Assembly: GCA_013239625.1 (NCBI GenBank)
Contig: MU053379.1
Span: forward strand, 2,710,866 to 2,774,865
Direction of reading: 5' to 3'
Length of the DNA: 64,000 nt
From: Lama guanicoe
Taxonomy: Eukaryota
In this document: in pieces, positions 12,926 to 26,400 of the stretch
How positions within the stretch are numbered: the stretch's first letter is position 1
Layout of the letters: each line of letters opens with the position of its first letter
The notes under the pieces: generated by a model
What the model was told of the DNA's origin: nothing
Seen by the model: only the letters and a program-made list of their open reading frames with translations
The model's database searches: none
Position numbers and translations under genes: made by a program

Positions 12926-13111
12926 ATTTTTTTCAAATTTGAGAACATGGTTATTACATATCATATAACATCTCCAGCCTAATATTTGGCATAACAGCCC
13001 CCCTCATGTTACACAGATCACCCTCCATACCCCCAGCATCATCTCTGAGCCAATCTCTACCCCATTACCCTGCTGAACTCCTCCCAGCAGGTAACCCCAC
13101 CATGGGCCCAG

Positions 13112-13460
13112 TGCTGTGGGCTGGTGGTGTCCCCCCAGAATTCACATGATGAGTCCCTAAAGTGACTGTATCTGGAGATGGAGCTTTAAGGAAGTAATTG
13201 AGGTAAAATGAGGTCACAGGGGAGGGGTCCTAATCTTGTAGGACCACGGCCTTATAAGAGGACGAGAGAGAGAGAGAGAGAGAGAGATCTGTCTCTCTCC
13301 TCCATCTAAGGACAGTCTGCAAGCCAGGAAGAGTCCTTGCCAGGGAGCTGCCATGCTGGCGCCCGACCTTGGACTTGCAGCCTCCAAACTGTGAGAAATA
13401 AGTGTCTGTTGTCTGAGCCCCCACCGTCCATGGTATTTAGTTATGACAGCCTAAGAGCTT
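13112..13460 (+). mobile_element. MLT1 (MaLR) solo LTR, MLT1A/B-like, with internal (GA)n
   Basis: Typical MLT1 tracts 'gtgactgtatctggagatggagctttaaggaagtaattgaggtaaaatgaggtca' and 'ttggacttgcagcctccaaactgtgagaaataa..tggtatttagttatgacagcc'. Confidence 0.85.
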
Positions 13461-13779
13461 TACATCCCAAGTCCGGCTCTGCGTCCTCTCCCCACAGGGC
13501 CAGGAGGGGGCGCGTTCTGCTGCTTCCAGTAGCTGTGCACCTCCTGGGCACCTCCGCTCAGCCTCCGTAGGGATGAGCTCCATGCCCACTCGTCCTGGGT
13601 TGGACCCTGTCTTCTGCCATCACACCAGCCCCGAGTTCCTCACTGGGACTTCAGGGAGTCTCCCGGTTCCCACGCGGTGGTGGTAACGCAGGAGAAGGAG
13701 CATGCACGTATCAGAAAACACGCGCGGGGGTCCTTCAGACCTCACCTACCAGTGCGCTCGTAGGCCCCTCCATTCCTCA

Positions 13780-13895
13780 AAGCTTCGTTTCCCTTACCTG
13801 CAAAAGGGGGCTTATCACAGCTTCAGGGGATGCCGTGAGGACTGGCCGTGAGGACTGAACGCGATGACGTACGGGACATGCTTGACTCAGAGCCC
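13780..13895 (+). mobile_element. MIR SINE fragment
   Basis: 'cttcgtttcccttacctgcaaaaggggg..gccgtgaggactgaacgcgatgacgtac' resembles the MIR core. Confidence 0.55.
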
Positions 13896-14848
13896 ATCCC
13901 ACAGACGCTCCCTTTGCTGCCCTTGTGCTCCTGGCAGGGCTAGAATCTGCAGCTCGGGGTCGCCCTGCGCACCCCCGGACCCGGCACCCACCCGGGATAA
14001 CCTGCAGAGTGACAGATGGCATCGTCCCAAGTTCCTTCTCTCCAAAGGCTCTTCTTGTCACCCACCCAGCAAACCCTGAGCCGTGTTTTGTAAGTTCTTC
14101 CTCCCTCCATCTGGTCATCTGGGGAGAAGCAAGCACAAAATGCCACCAGCGATGCTCCCGTGGCCGCTAATGGAAGCCGCCGTTTGCATCCACAGTCCTG
14201 TCTTGGCCCCAGCGGCTCCGACAGCTGCCGGTGCAGCATCTGCCAGGCCAGGGTACGTGCCGAAGGCTCCGAGGGCAGAATAGAGCCCAGCGTAGTCACG
14301 CTGGGATCCCGGAGGCTCGCAGCATTAATAATCTGAGTTCAATCATTAGGAGCAAATCCAAGTGAAACAGGAAAACGTACACCAGGCTGGAGGCCGCGCG
14401 GCTACCGGGAGGCGGCCTCTGCTCTTAGCAGGCCTGATGACCCGCTCCCGGCTGCCAGCAGCCCCAGCTGACGAGCGGCGCCTGCGAGCTGTGGGCCTTC
14501 TGCACGTGATCATTGGACAAAAAGAGAACCGGTCAGGATGCTAACATGGACGCACTCACCCAGGACCTGCCGGGCTCGTCCAGCCCCCAGATTGAGTCCT
14601 CCCCGGGGCACCCGAAGGGGGTCCGTTCGGTCGGTTAGTGCCCTCTGGACAGACCTCCAAGTGGATCTTTCCGGAGGCAGCGCTAAGGCTGCTGGGGTCC
14701 TGGCAGGGCCTTAACATATGAACTAATGTACCGCACCCTGGTTTCTCCAGCCCCATCCTGGGACAGAGCGCTGGCCTAGGCCGTTATCTCCCTGGGTCAG
14801 CCCGCAGCTCACCAAGTAGGAAGATATCTGAGACAGAGAAGAATTTTT

Positions 14849-15214
14849 TTTTACTGTTTTTTTAAAATTTTTGTAACATTTTTTATTGATTCATAATCAT
14901 TTTACAGTGTTGTGTCAAATTCCAGTGTTCAGCACAATTTTTCAGTCATTCATGGACATATACACACTCATTGTCACATTTTTTCTCTGTGATTTATCAT
15001 AACGTTTTGTGTTTATTTCCCTGTGCTATACAGTATAATGTTGTTTATCTATTCTACAATTTTGAAATCCCAGTCTATCCCTCCCCACCCTCCACCCCCC
15101 GGCAACCACAAGTCTGTATTCTCTGTCTATGAGTCTGTTTCTGTCCTGTATTTACGCTTTGTTTTTGTTTGTTTGTTTGTTTTTTAGAGTCCACATATGA
15201 GTGATCTCATATGG
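14849..15214 (-). mobile_element. Short young L1 3' end with TSD
   Basis: Its 3' end is nearly the same as the 5.5-kb copy ('ataatcattttacagtgttgtgtcaaattccagtg'). TSD gagaagaattttt (14836) / gagaagcattttt (15215). Confidence 0.92.
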
Positions 15215-16149
15215 GAGAAGCATTTTTAATTTCAAGATTTTCTTTAAAAAAATCATTCATTTCAAGTTGTTATTGAATAAAAGATTAAAAATTACTTTTT
15301 GCTGATATTCTTCCTGGTCATAGCCGTTTGTGGGGAACCTCTGTCTGCACATGACGGAAGCCCAGCTCAGACCGAGGCCCCAGAAGACACTGCAAGGACT
15401 TGTGATCCAGAAGGAGTGAGATGCGTTCCCGCTCCCGCCCTCCCCCTCCTGCAACAGCCGGGCAGCTCCCCTCCCCTCTCAACTCCCCGCAGGGCTGGAG
15501 GTTCGCTCTCTGGAAACAAGAGCCGGGGAGTCTCCAGACATCAGACGCCGAGAGGAAGAGAATGAGGTGTGGAGCTGAAGAGAGAAGGGGCCAGGTGGGG
15601 GTCCCGGCACTGACCGGCAGGGCAGCAGCAGGAGTGGAGGCGTCGGGAGGTGGAGTCAAGGAAACTTCATGAGAAGAAGAACAAGGCCTTTTATCCAGAT
15701 GTTAGGAATTTCAGAGAGAACCAAAGAAAAAAAGAACCAGAACTGAAAGGTACCAATCTCCAGACTGAAAAGTACACAGTGAGTGACCGACAGCCCAAGG
15801 CCCCGGGATGAAATGCCAGGCGCCAGGGGTACGGAGGTGCTCCCCACAGTGTCTGGTGAGTGAAGCACGTCACCTAGACGAGAACTGGGGTCAGCACGGC
15901 ACCCGCTGCGTCAGCAGGAGCCTCAGGACCGGCAGGCCGTGGGCAGCGTCCCCAGCCTGGGTTCCACGGCCATCCGTCAAGGAGGCACCAGGACAGGGGA
16001 CAGCCCCTGCCCGTACGTGAGGGAGGAATGGCGCGGTTAGAATATCCCGTTCTGCAAGCCCTCCCGAATTAAAGGACACAGAACATGGCTGCTGACACGG
16101 AAAAGGACACAGCCAGACACTCTGCTTCTTGGTGGGAAAACACACGACC

Positions 16150-17600
16150 TTGAGGGGACAAAATTGAACCAGAATCTGCCCAGAACCTTAGTTTACAGGA
16201 AGTAGAGGCAACAGAGGCGTATGTTTGCTGAAGCTACAGAGCTTCAGGCCACAAAATCTGGAGTGCGGGAACCTACGGGACAAACGGTCTGACTCCTTCC
16301 ACAAATAAATTGTAAAAAAAAATGAAAGAGAAATGGGTTGAGAGCTTGGGGGTTAAAAAAGATTTAAAAAAAATGTCAACTGACTTGGATCCTGATTCAG
16401 ATAACGCTGTAGAAAAATCACACCACTTACGACATCAGAAATTTGAACACTATTAACTAAACACTATTAAGGAATTAGTAATTTTTAACTGTGAAGATGG
16501 TATTCCAGTTATATGTATATTTTTAAAAGCAATATCTTTTAGGGAAACATATTGAAATACCTGGGGTATTCCTCAAAATAGCTCATGAAGGCAAAGAGTC
16601 ACTGCGGCCAGAAACGACACAAGATTGGCCAACTGCTGGAACTGGGTGTCCTAATTTAAACATATTTTAAAGGTCTACATAGTAAAGAGCTATTTTTAAA
16701 AGGTTATACTGCATTTATAGTTATTATAAAATACTGGCCTCATTCCCTGTGTCACACAATAGACCCTGGTAGCTTATTTTGGCCCTAATAGCTTGTACCT
16801 CTAGGACCTCACCGCTTCCCTCACCCTGCTGTGACCACTCATTTGTTCTCTGTATAAGAGTTATTTTAAAGAGCAACCAAAGTTGAAAACTAAGAGGCTG
16901 GAACACTGGAGAACAGTGCGGGGAAGCCCCGGGGGCCCGGGGACACGGGCCGGGCCAGACGGGCGCACAGACTGCAGTAAGAAGGAGGGGTCTAGGGCGA
17001 AAAATTGCAATTATTTTGATTATCTGGTATGTTTATGTGGAAAATAATATTGAAGGGGACTTGACAGACCTGCTGGAGCATTTTGAAAAAGACTTGTGCT
17101 AGATACATTGAAAACTATGGGGGGAAATAAAGCCAGCACAGCTGTTATTTCTAAGGAAAGCAAAAAGTTAACACAGGAAAGAAATGTGGTTAACATATGC
17201 AGTGTTCAAATAATGTAATCACTGACACTAACTGAGCCAAAAATTGCCATATAAACTGTTCGGAAAGTTTGGGATAGGGAGAAGTCGGGGTTTGTGTTTG
17301 AAACGATCAATCACTCCTACGTACACACTACTGCATATGAAAGAGAGAAACAGGGACCTACTGTAGAGCCCAGGGAACTGTATTCAACACCTTGCAATGA
17401 CCTCTAATGGGAAAGTGCACCGGAAACTAGCACATTGTGAATCGACTCTACTTCAGTAAAAAATAAAGATAAAAATAAAAAAGATAAATCCTCATTGACC
17501 ATAACAAGGAGTCAATGGGTCTACTGGAAATTAATACACGAGAATTTACATCATGTATGTAAGCAATCACATTTATATCAGTAATGACTTGAAAAGCCAG
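16150..17600. mobile_element. Mosaic of old L1M 3'UTR fragments and short L1 3' pieces
   Basis: AT-rich L1-type tracts, e.g. 17340-17480 'cagggacctactgtagagcccagggaactgtattcaacacc' and 16700-16860 antisense. Not resolved into individual copies. Confidence 0.55.
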
Positions 17601-17940
17601 CTGGTGGTCTCTGAGTTACCGAGGGCTCCTTGGCTACAAGCAGCAGAAACCAACCAAAGCTAGGTTTTTGCTAAAAGGGAGAATTTTTAAGGATTCACGG
17701 TTGTGTCTCGTAGGAGCAGAGGACAGTGGGCTGGCTGGGCGGCGGGAAGGGACTGCAGTCAGCAAGGACCAGGCAGGTGGGAGCCGAGCAGGGGCGGCTG
17801 CGTTCTCTCTGCCGCTCTGCTTTCTCGGGCGTGCCCCACGGCCCCCACGTTTCCATGTCACGGCCCCCCCAACCCACGGAGATTAACCAGATGCATCTCA
17901 GTCTCAGCTCCAGATGTCCTGGCGGGTCACTGGCGTGTCA

Positions 17941-18460
17941 GTGTGGCAGTTTCAAACCACGTCTGCAAATATTTGGCGCTCTCCCCAGAGAGAGACGGGG
18001 TCTCTCCCCTTCCCTTGAATCTGGCCAAGCCTGTGGTGGCTTTGCCCGGTGGAGTGTGGTTGAAGCGAGGCTATGTGACTTCTGAGGCTGGGTTAAGAAG
18101 GCCACGTACTTCCAGCTTGTCTGCTGGAACACTCGCTCCTAGAGTTCTGACCTGTCAGGTAGGAAATCCAGCCGTCTGGAGGCTGCGATGCTGTGAGGAA
18201 GCCCCCGCTGTGCACAAAGACCAAGTAGACGCTCCAGCAAAAGTTCCAGCCGAGCCAAGCTTTCAGGCCATTCCAGTGTGGGCGCCGGCTGTGTGGGGAA
18301 GCAGACTGCGGGTGACTCCAGCAGAGAGGCCAGCAGAGTGGCTCCGAGGCATTTTTCTAACCATCCGAAGCCCCTGCAGTCATGGGCAGAGCCTGGCCAC
18401 CGTGAGTGTGATAAAATGGTTCTTGCCCTCTGTCCCTCAGTTTGGGGGTGGTTGTCACGT
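17941..18460 (+). mobile_element. MLT1 (MaLR) solo LTR, MLT1G/H-like
   Basis: 'tctctccccttcccttgaatctggc..gctatgtgacttctgaggctgggttaagaaggcc..ggaacactcgctc..gatgctgtgaggaagccc' matches the recalled MLT1F/G/H pattern. Confidence 0.75.
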
Positions 18461-20419
18461 GTCAGTACGTCTCTGAGATGCTTGGTTCAGATGCTGTCTT
18501 GGCTTCATGGAGTCATGAAGTCACAGCATGACTGCTAGGGACCCCCATCCCCCAGGGATGCAGGGAGCAGAGCAGCCCACAAACTCTGGCCTGACAAACA
18601 GCCCTCAAGGCGCCCACTCCCTTGCCTGTCCCGAGCTCCCAGAGGCCTGCCGCCACCTCAGCAGAGGGAGAGCACATGGGTTGAGAGGTCTCTGCCCACT
18701 TCTCAGTCCTTGCTTTCCCACCAGTGGGACCATCAAAAGGAGGGACGAGTGAAGAGATGGCTGTGGCGCGGTAAACGGTATCATTCATTCCCTCCCCTCA
18801 AGCCCCGCGGTGGTCCTCCAGTAGAGACAGTTGCCAAGAAGTGGGAAATGTCCTCAGAGCTCTGGCATCTCCCCTCTGTGGCCTCTCCAGGATGGAGGGA
18901 ATCGTTAGAGGGCCCTCATGTTGCCTAGCAACCGGCGGATGCTGTTTGCTATCATGTCATTAATATGATACCAAAGTGTTTCATAGAAGACATTCATCTT
19001 GCACTAATGAAAATCAGATTTGCTAATATGACACTAAATCTGTTCTTCCTTGTGACTTTCTATACTTAAGTAGCTTATTTATTGAATTAGTTGACGAGTG
19101 GTTTTAAGCTTGAGACTGTTAAAGTTTCATAATAATGACTTTGTTTTCAATAATAATCAGATGTGATGACGCAGCCGTAACCCTGTGATCACCATCCCGG
19201 GCGAAGCCCCTCCCTGAGGTCCAGCCCCGATGCCAGTTAACTCTCTGCCACCCAACTTCTTCCTGTTGAAACCTCAGCCAGGAGAGGATTCAGGCCTGAG
19301 CTGGCATACTCTCCAGCTCACCCACATCTTTCTTCGGAGCTCAGAGACAGAGAACTGAAGACATACCTGTAGCCTAGAGAAGGCTCTGGTGGATAAATGG
19401 GTCTCGTATCATGTGAGCAGGAAAAGAGCTACCAGAAGTCATTCAGCCACACTCTTCTCCCCAAAAAAAGGACAACAGAAGACCCTAAACAGAGGATAAC
19501 ACAGACGGTCCCCTACTTTCAGACACAATTTATTCTTGAAAACAGGTACAGAGTTCAAATGTGCAAAAGCACAGACTAGTGTCTAAAAAAGGAGCTCCCT
19601 TCCCAGAGAGTTAGAAGGCGATTGCTCAGGTTGTTCTTTTGTATCTTTAGCACATGGAGGTCTGAATTCAGCCCCCAGAAAGGGGTTTGGGGGTCTGTGG
19701 CTTGGACGCCCACAAGTGTCACGACCGTCAAGGACACACAGAGCTGCCGCCCGCAAGTCTGCAAAGGCGCCCAGAAAGAAAACTCGAAAATCTAAACTTC
19801 AGAGCTCTGTTTTTAGAGGTGGTATTTTTTCTTTGCAAACCTTTTTCTTTCCTATTTACAAATGTAATGTAGTGCAGGAACTGCAGGTGAAGAACAGAGA
19901 AGTGCAGAAACAGCTGTCCGTCCACAAGCAGTCACCCAGCGTCAGCCGTTGTACATCTGTGGGTGTGTGTCCTTCCAGTGTGGCCTTCCTTTCCTCTGAA
20001 TGTGTAAATATTTATATATATTCCACAATATTTTAAATGCTGATCTATTTTTTTATTTTAGTGTTTTAAATGCTGAGCATTTTTCCATTTCTTGGGCTAT
20101 ATCATTTTAATAGCATGACTCTTTAATGACTGAGGAGGGCTCCACCACACCAACGTGCCTTCCTTAGTTCATCAGGTGGCTTCTGGCTTTCTGTTTTGAT
20201 AATTAGCCCTGCGATAAAACCCTCAAGGATCCGTCTTTTGGGCACATCTGTGATTATTTCCATCACCATTTTTAAGGGTCATTAATTTGTATTTGTTCAG
20301 CGTATACTTACTGAACCACAGTGTGCTAGGTTCTTGGGACACAGCCACCAACAAGAAAGGCAGGGTTCCGTCCTTCATAGAGCTTAAAATTAAGTAGCAG
20401 AGGTAGAACATTTTCAATG

Positions 20420-23250
20420 GTGTTTAAAAAAAAGCCCACCATCATCCAAACGAGGGTCTCTCCTTCCTCTCAGTTCCGCCCCCTCCCCGGCACGGACCAC
20501 AACCTAGAGGCTTGAACGTATGTTTCTCAAATATAACATACATGCTTTTCTTCATTTGCCTTTCTTCACTCAGTAGCACATACTGAAGGTCTTTCCGTGT
20601 GAGTGCAAGTAGGTCTCATTCTTTTTCCCACCGAAGGAGTAAATCCCAGTTTTCTTATTTTCCTGTTAACGAACATTTAGGTTCTAGCCAATGTTTTTCT
20701 GTTTTTGTAAGTAATGGTCCCATCTTCCCGTGCGTCGTGGGACTTCTCGATCAGCAGGTATGCACATTTGCATTTGGATCAAGGCCTTAGCTTACACTAC
20801 CCTCAGAAAGGGTTACCCCAGTGTATGCTCCCCCAGCAGCTATGAGAGGGTGTGTTTCTCCCCATTCTCATCAGCCCTGATACGTTCCACGTTTTAATGT
20901 TTGTCCATCTGCAGGAGGAAGAAAGAGTAAAAGGACTCACTCATACTTTAAACTTGCATGTCCTCAAGCGTCAAGTTCCTTGTTTCTGACCTTTGCCCAT
21001 TTCCCTGTTGATTTTTCTCTTTGATTTATGAGTGTTCATGATAAAATAGGACTGGTAATTCTTATTACATTCATGGCAGATATTTTCTAGAATATCATTT
21101 TTCTTTTTAGTTAATAGACTTGTTTTTCTAGAGCAGGTCTGAGTTTACAGAGAAATGATTGGCAAGGACAGCGTTTCCGCACACCCTCCCCTCCACACAC
21201 AGGATTCTCTGTTACTCATGTCGTGAGTTAGTGTGGGATATTTGTTACAACTGACGAGCCAATGTTGATACTTCATTATTAACCAAAGTCCATACTTTAC
21301 ATTACATTCATCCTTTGTGTCGTGCATTCTGTGGGTCTTGAACAACATGTAACAGGGTGTCCATCATTATTGCATCACTGCACTAAAAATCTCCTGTGCT
21401 CCACCTCTTCATCGCTCTCCTCCCCAGCCCCCTGCAAAAAACCTTCCTGGCAACCACGGATCTTTTGCTGCCTCCATAGCTGTGCCTTTTCCAGACGTCA
21501 TAAACTTGGACTCAGTGTGCAGCCCTTTTGGATTGGCTTCTTTCACTTAGCAACATGCTTGTAAGTTTCCTCCAGGCCACTTCATCGCTTGGTAACTCGA
21601 TCCTTTTTATTGATGAGTAATGCCCCGCCGTCGGGATGGACCACAGGTGGTTTACCCACTCACCTGCTCAAGGACACCTTGGTTGCCTCCAGGTTTTGGC
21701 AATTAAGGGTAAGGCTGCTATCAACATTTATGCGCAGGTTTTTAACTCACCGGGGTATAAACCAAGGGGCACAATTTTGGATCATATGGTAGGAATGTGT
21801 TTAGTTTTGTAAGAAACCGCCAGACTGTCTTCCAAGGTGGCTGTGCCATTTTGCACTCCGGCTGGCAGTGAACGAGAGCTCCTGTTGCTCCTCGTCCTCG
21901 CCAGCATTTGGCGTCGATGTTTGGGGTTTTCACTATTCTGATAGGTATGGAGCGGCGTCCCGTTGTTTTCATCTGCATTTCCCTTCATGATGTGGAACAG
22001 CTTTTTACATGCTTATTTGCTAACTGTACGTCTTCTTTGATGAGGTGTCTTTCAGACCCTTTGTTCATTTTCAGTTAGGTGGCTTGGTTTTCTTCGTTGC
22101 TGAGTTTTAAGAGTTCTGGATATTTGGGGTATCAGTCCTCTAAAAGATACGTGTTTTGCAAAAATTTCCTCCCAGTCTGTGACAAGCCTTTTCGTTCTCT
22201 TATATCATTTGTTTCTGATGTTTTTATATACATGTAAAATTTTTATATAATGAAATCTTCTTTTAAAGCGTCTGAGTTTTGTCTCCCACGTAGGAAAATC
22301 TCCTCCAGCTGAAAGTCATACAGCATTTTATTTTCTTATTTCACTTTTATAGTGTTTCTTAAAACTTTGCCATCTTCTTTTTCGCCGTCTTTAATTCCTC
22401 TGGAACTTTCTTCATGCTTGTGTGTAGTTTAGAGCAGGACTCTCATCTTTTTCTAAGTGCAGAAACAATTTTCCCAATAACTTTTACTAGGTAGTCCATG
22501 GCTTTGTTTTGTTTTTCCTGTTGAAATGCCACCGTTATATGCTGAGCTAAATTCGTTAATACAGATGAGTCCATTTCTGGACTTGTTACCCTGCTATCTG
22601 GCCCTTTTTTTTTTCTGTTTCTGGACTCTTCGGTGCTGGACTCTCCCATCCATCACTGTGGCGTTACCGTTTGTTTGATATCTTTGATGTACAATTTTCT
22701 CAGCTGTTCTTGTACTTTTCTCTTCCAAATGAACTGCCATGTCTAATTTCATTTAAAAAAAATCATTTTGGGTTCTAACTGAGTTTGAATTGAATTTTTA
22801 GGTTAGTTTGGAGCATATTTGTAAAATTGAGGATCACCGTTCAAATCTTCTGCTGTCTTCAGTTAGGTTGCTTTCTTGTGAGGGAAACACATTTACGTTC
22901 AGGTTTGTCTTGATACTGTTTATAGTTTTCTTGCTATTGTAAGTGGGATCTTTTCCTTCCATTACATTTTCTAATAAAAAAAAAATACTGGTAGGTAGGG
23001 AAAGCACTGGCTTCTGTACGTTGCTCTTGTCCCGACTTCCTTTTGTTTAATGTATTTTAGTAGGCGATCTTCATGATTATCAGCTGCAAACAGTGACAGC
23101 TTTTCCCTTCCTTTCCAGTTGCTACACCTCCTGTTTCTTCTTCTTTTCTTTTTTTTTTTTTCTTGCTTCGTTGACTGTCCTAGAATCCCTGGCATAACAT
23201 GAAGCGGCAGTGGAGAAAGTTACCACACTGCCTTGCCTTGTCTTTCATGA
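20420..23250 (-). mobile_element. Old L1ME-like element with a nested L1MC-type 3' end (~21105-22200)
   Basis: ORF 21742-21978 is ORF2 C-terminus-like ([33 protein letters not shown]). ORF 22971-23195 contains KLSLFAADN (RT FADD region). Confidence 0.8.
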
Positions 23251-24489
23251 AAAAGAGACGATGAATGAGTGACTTTTTCAAAGGAAACTGAATCAAGGGT
23301 TTTGAAGGCTAGTCCAATATTTCATAAATTGGGGTCAAATCATATTGATGTACCTTCTCCATATGAGGTTTATTCCCTCAGGGAAATTGAACTGAAATGT
23401 CCCAAACAAATACAGACATGCCCCTCCTTACATGGCGACGTGTCTCCAGACGGTTTGTGTGAGTTCTTGTCTTGCTTTCAGTAGACTCTTGGTGCCTCAG
23501 GCTACGTGTTTTTATCTTTGGACGGCCACTATCTTAAACTCTGAGTAAGAAAAGCACGTTTAGTTTATGTTACAACCAGATAAGTAACCAAGACCTTCCC
23601 CAGAGAGGAAGGGGGTTACCTATCCCAGCTGAGGAAGGTAAGTTAGTGGAAGAAGAGAAATGACCAAATATATTGAATGGAAATGGAATCACTAAATTTC
23701 ATCCCCCAAATGGAAGGCAGGCGGTGCGGGAGTATTTGAATCCCCTGAAGACGCCTCTTCTGCAGGATCTCCTGTCTTTCTCCCTGATGGCTCAGATCTC
23801 TGTGCTGGGCAGCCACGTGGGGGGAGGTGATCAGGACTCTTCCTCCCTGGGGGAGAGCTTACAGTCTTGGGCGGTCCTCCCTCCCTGCTCCCAGGCACTG
23901 CCCATCTCTCCAGAGTCTGTGCTGAAGCCACGCCCCCGGTCCAGCTGATACAAGCAGGCCAGGCTGGTTTCACTGTTTATTCACTTTCACTTTGAAAGTG
24001 AGTCAGCCTGTGTTGGAACCTGGACTTTAAAGAGTCCCTCGATATCTTAAATTAACTTACTGGGTTAAACCTGCTAAACGATCAAATCCCATTTGTCTAT
24101 GTTGATAGAATCCATGTAAGAAAACAGTATTCCAGATTGACCGGGTGCCTGAAACAGCCTGTCATAGCCACCCTGATGATGGGGGTCATGGGACGAGGCA
24201 AAGTGACCGTGACCGTGGGCCCCCCAGCTGGCTGTGTTCTGCCCGGGGACACACACCACTGGGTTTTCCTGGTTGCTAAGCACCTCAGAACAAAGTATCT
24301 TCTCCTGTGGATCCCAGCGCCTGGCATGGAGCTTGGTACATAGGGGTGGACGCCGGATAGAACGTGTGACTGTCTGTCTGTCTGTCTCTGAAGGAGAAAA
24401 CGACACTCATGTCCACTGCAGCTCCTCCCAGTTAAGATTCTGACGGTCTCTTAATCACCAAATCCAGCGTAGTTTTTGGTCTATGCCTT

Positions 24490-26400
24490 TTATTCATTCA
24501 TTCATTCCATAAACATTTATTAAGCACTTGCTGTGTATTGTGTTCTGCAGACACAGTTGCGAATAAGACTGAAAAAAGCCAGCCCTTCTGGGTTTTATAT
24601 TCAAGAGGAGGAAGGCAGGCCACAAACAAGCCAATAAATACGGAAATAAGACTATTTCAGTTGGTGAGAAGGGCTGTGAAACAAATTCAATACGGAAACG
24701 TGACCAGGCAGCCCTGGTGGGCAGGAATTGAGGGGGTGGGGCAGACACTGAGCTGGTCCTGGACACAGAGACACAGCCAGGCCTGCGAGATCTCAGGGGT
24801 GAGGGGTCCAGCCAGAGGGAACACTGTGGGCAGAGACCCTCAGATGGGAGAAGTCTTGATTCATCTAGGGAACAAAAACTGGAGCGGAGTGAACGAAGGT
24901 CGGGGGCTACGCCCTGTAGACGTCTGCAGGCAGAGGTGTGGGTGGCGATGCTGGTGTCCACAAAGGAGGCGCGGTGACTGGCAAATTCGTGCATTGAACT
25001 TGGCCTCTGTGGCCGCGGAAGTTGGATGGGGGGCTGTTAGGAAGCTCCTGCCTTTCTCCCAGATGAGAGATGGTGGGTTAGACTAGAAGGCTACGGGGTG
25101 AGGTGATCAGATTTGAGGTGTGTTTTAGCGGCAGAGTGTGCAAATCTTGCTCTAAGCTTGAGCGAAGTATCCAAGTGCTCACGTGACTCTTAAGCTTCCC
25201 CAGACAGAACTCATGACCGTCCACGACTGTAGTGGGCGCTGCTGGCGTCCACCCCTCCTCCCCCTTAGTGGTCCAGTGCCCCCATCCCTCTGCTATGTGA
25301 ATGTTGACCTGTAACTCACAGCTGCCCCCTGGAGGTAACGAGGGGGGAGCCACCTGGCCCGGGAGCTCAGACTGCCTGGTCCCAAGGAGCCCACGGCCGG
25401 TGATGGGCACAGACTCAGAGCCCTGTGTCCAGGTCCAGCCAGCCCTGTGATGCAGTCCATGCTCCAGAGCCCCCACCCCTGGGCCCAGGCTGAGGCCAGA
25501 TGCCAGTTCAGAGCTGTTCTTGCTCTCCTGGAGAGAAGGGCCAAGAGCACCCCAACGTTGTGGTGTCCAGCAGACGATGTGGCCCGAAAAGGAGACACAG
25601 TGTGGGGTTTCCCAGAATCTGAGAGAAGGACGTGTTTCCAGGGTGAAGCAGTGGCCAGCGGTGTCGGACTCCACGGAGGGGCTGTGTGGAGGACCAAGAG
25701 TGGTGGCTGGATTTGGCTTTTGATGAGAGCTGCTTCAGAGGAGGTGGAAATAGCTCGAGAGAGAGCTTATGACCCGAGGAACTGAAGATGCTGCAAAGAG
25801 TCAAAGTTTGAGAAGTTCCTTGTGAGGCGGGAGGCAGGGCAGGGGGACACTCTGCAGGCGGGAAGCGGAGTCAGCAGTGGGCTTGGGAAGGAGGAGAGGA
25901 GCTCAGTCTTTTCCATCGGCAAATAAAAGACACAGGAGAGAGAGAACAGTGGCAGAGCCGGGACCCCTTCCTATCGGAACAGCCGCAGGAGCAGGGTCAC
26001 GGGAGAAAACAAGGTCTGGGGGCGAGAAAGAAGACCAGGCCCGTGTTTCCTCAGTACAGCATGAGGCCAGGTCATCCGCTGAGAGCAGAGAAAAGCAGAA
26101 AGGGCTGTGGGATGTTTGCGGGGAGAGAAAAAGTCATCTCATAGAGCAGCAAAGCGGATCCACTGGGGCGATGTCTGGCGTGCACGTTAGGGGGCGTGAC
26201 TGTGAGGGCAGGCGGGGTGGGGGGGTGGGGGGTTCTCCATCTATACCTGCTTCTCGAGTGCAGGAGAGAAGCAGGTGGATGGCTGGGCTGAGTGGAGGGG
26301 AAGCGGGGGAGGGAGAAATCCTGGAGCTTTATCTCCGAGGAGCAGCTGAGGGTGTAGGCCACTGTCTGCGCCTTTTCCATCTCAGCCTCCTGGGTCCATT
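24490..26400 (-). mobile_element. L2 LINE remnant (fragmented)
   Basis: Characteristic L2 3' end 'ttcattcattcattccataaacatttattaagcac..' and downstream L2 tracts ('ccagatgagagatggtgggttagactagaagg', 'gggctgtgtggaggaccaagagtgg'). Confidence 0.75.

Noticed and set aside
17703..18476. 257-aa ORF, the longest in the track
   Set aside because: Runs through an MLT1 LTR, so it is incidental.
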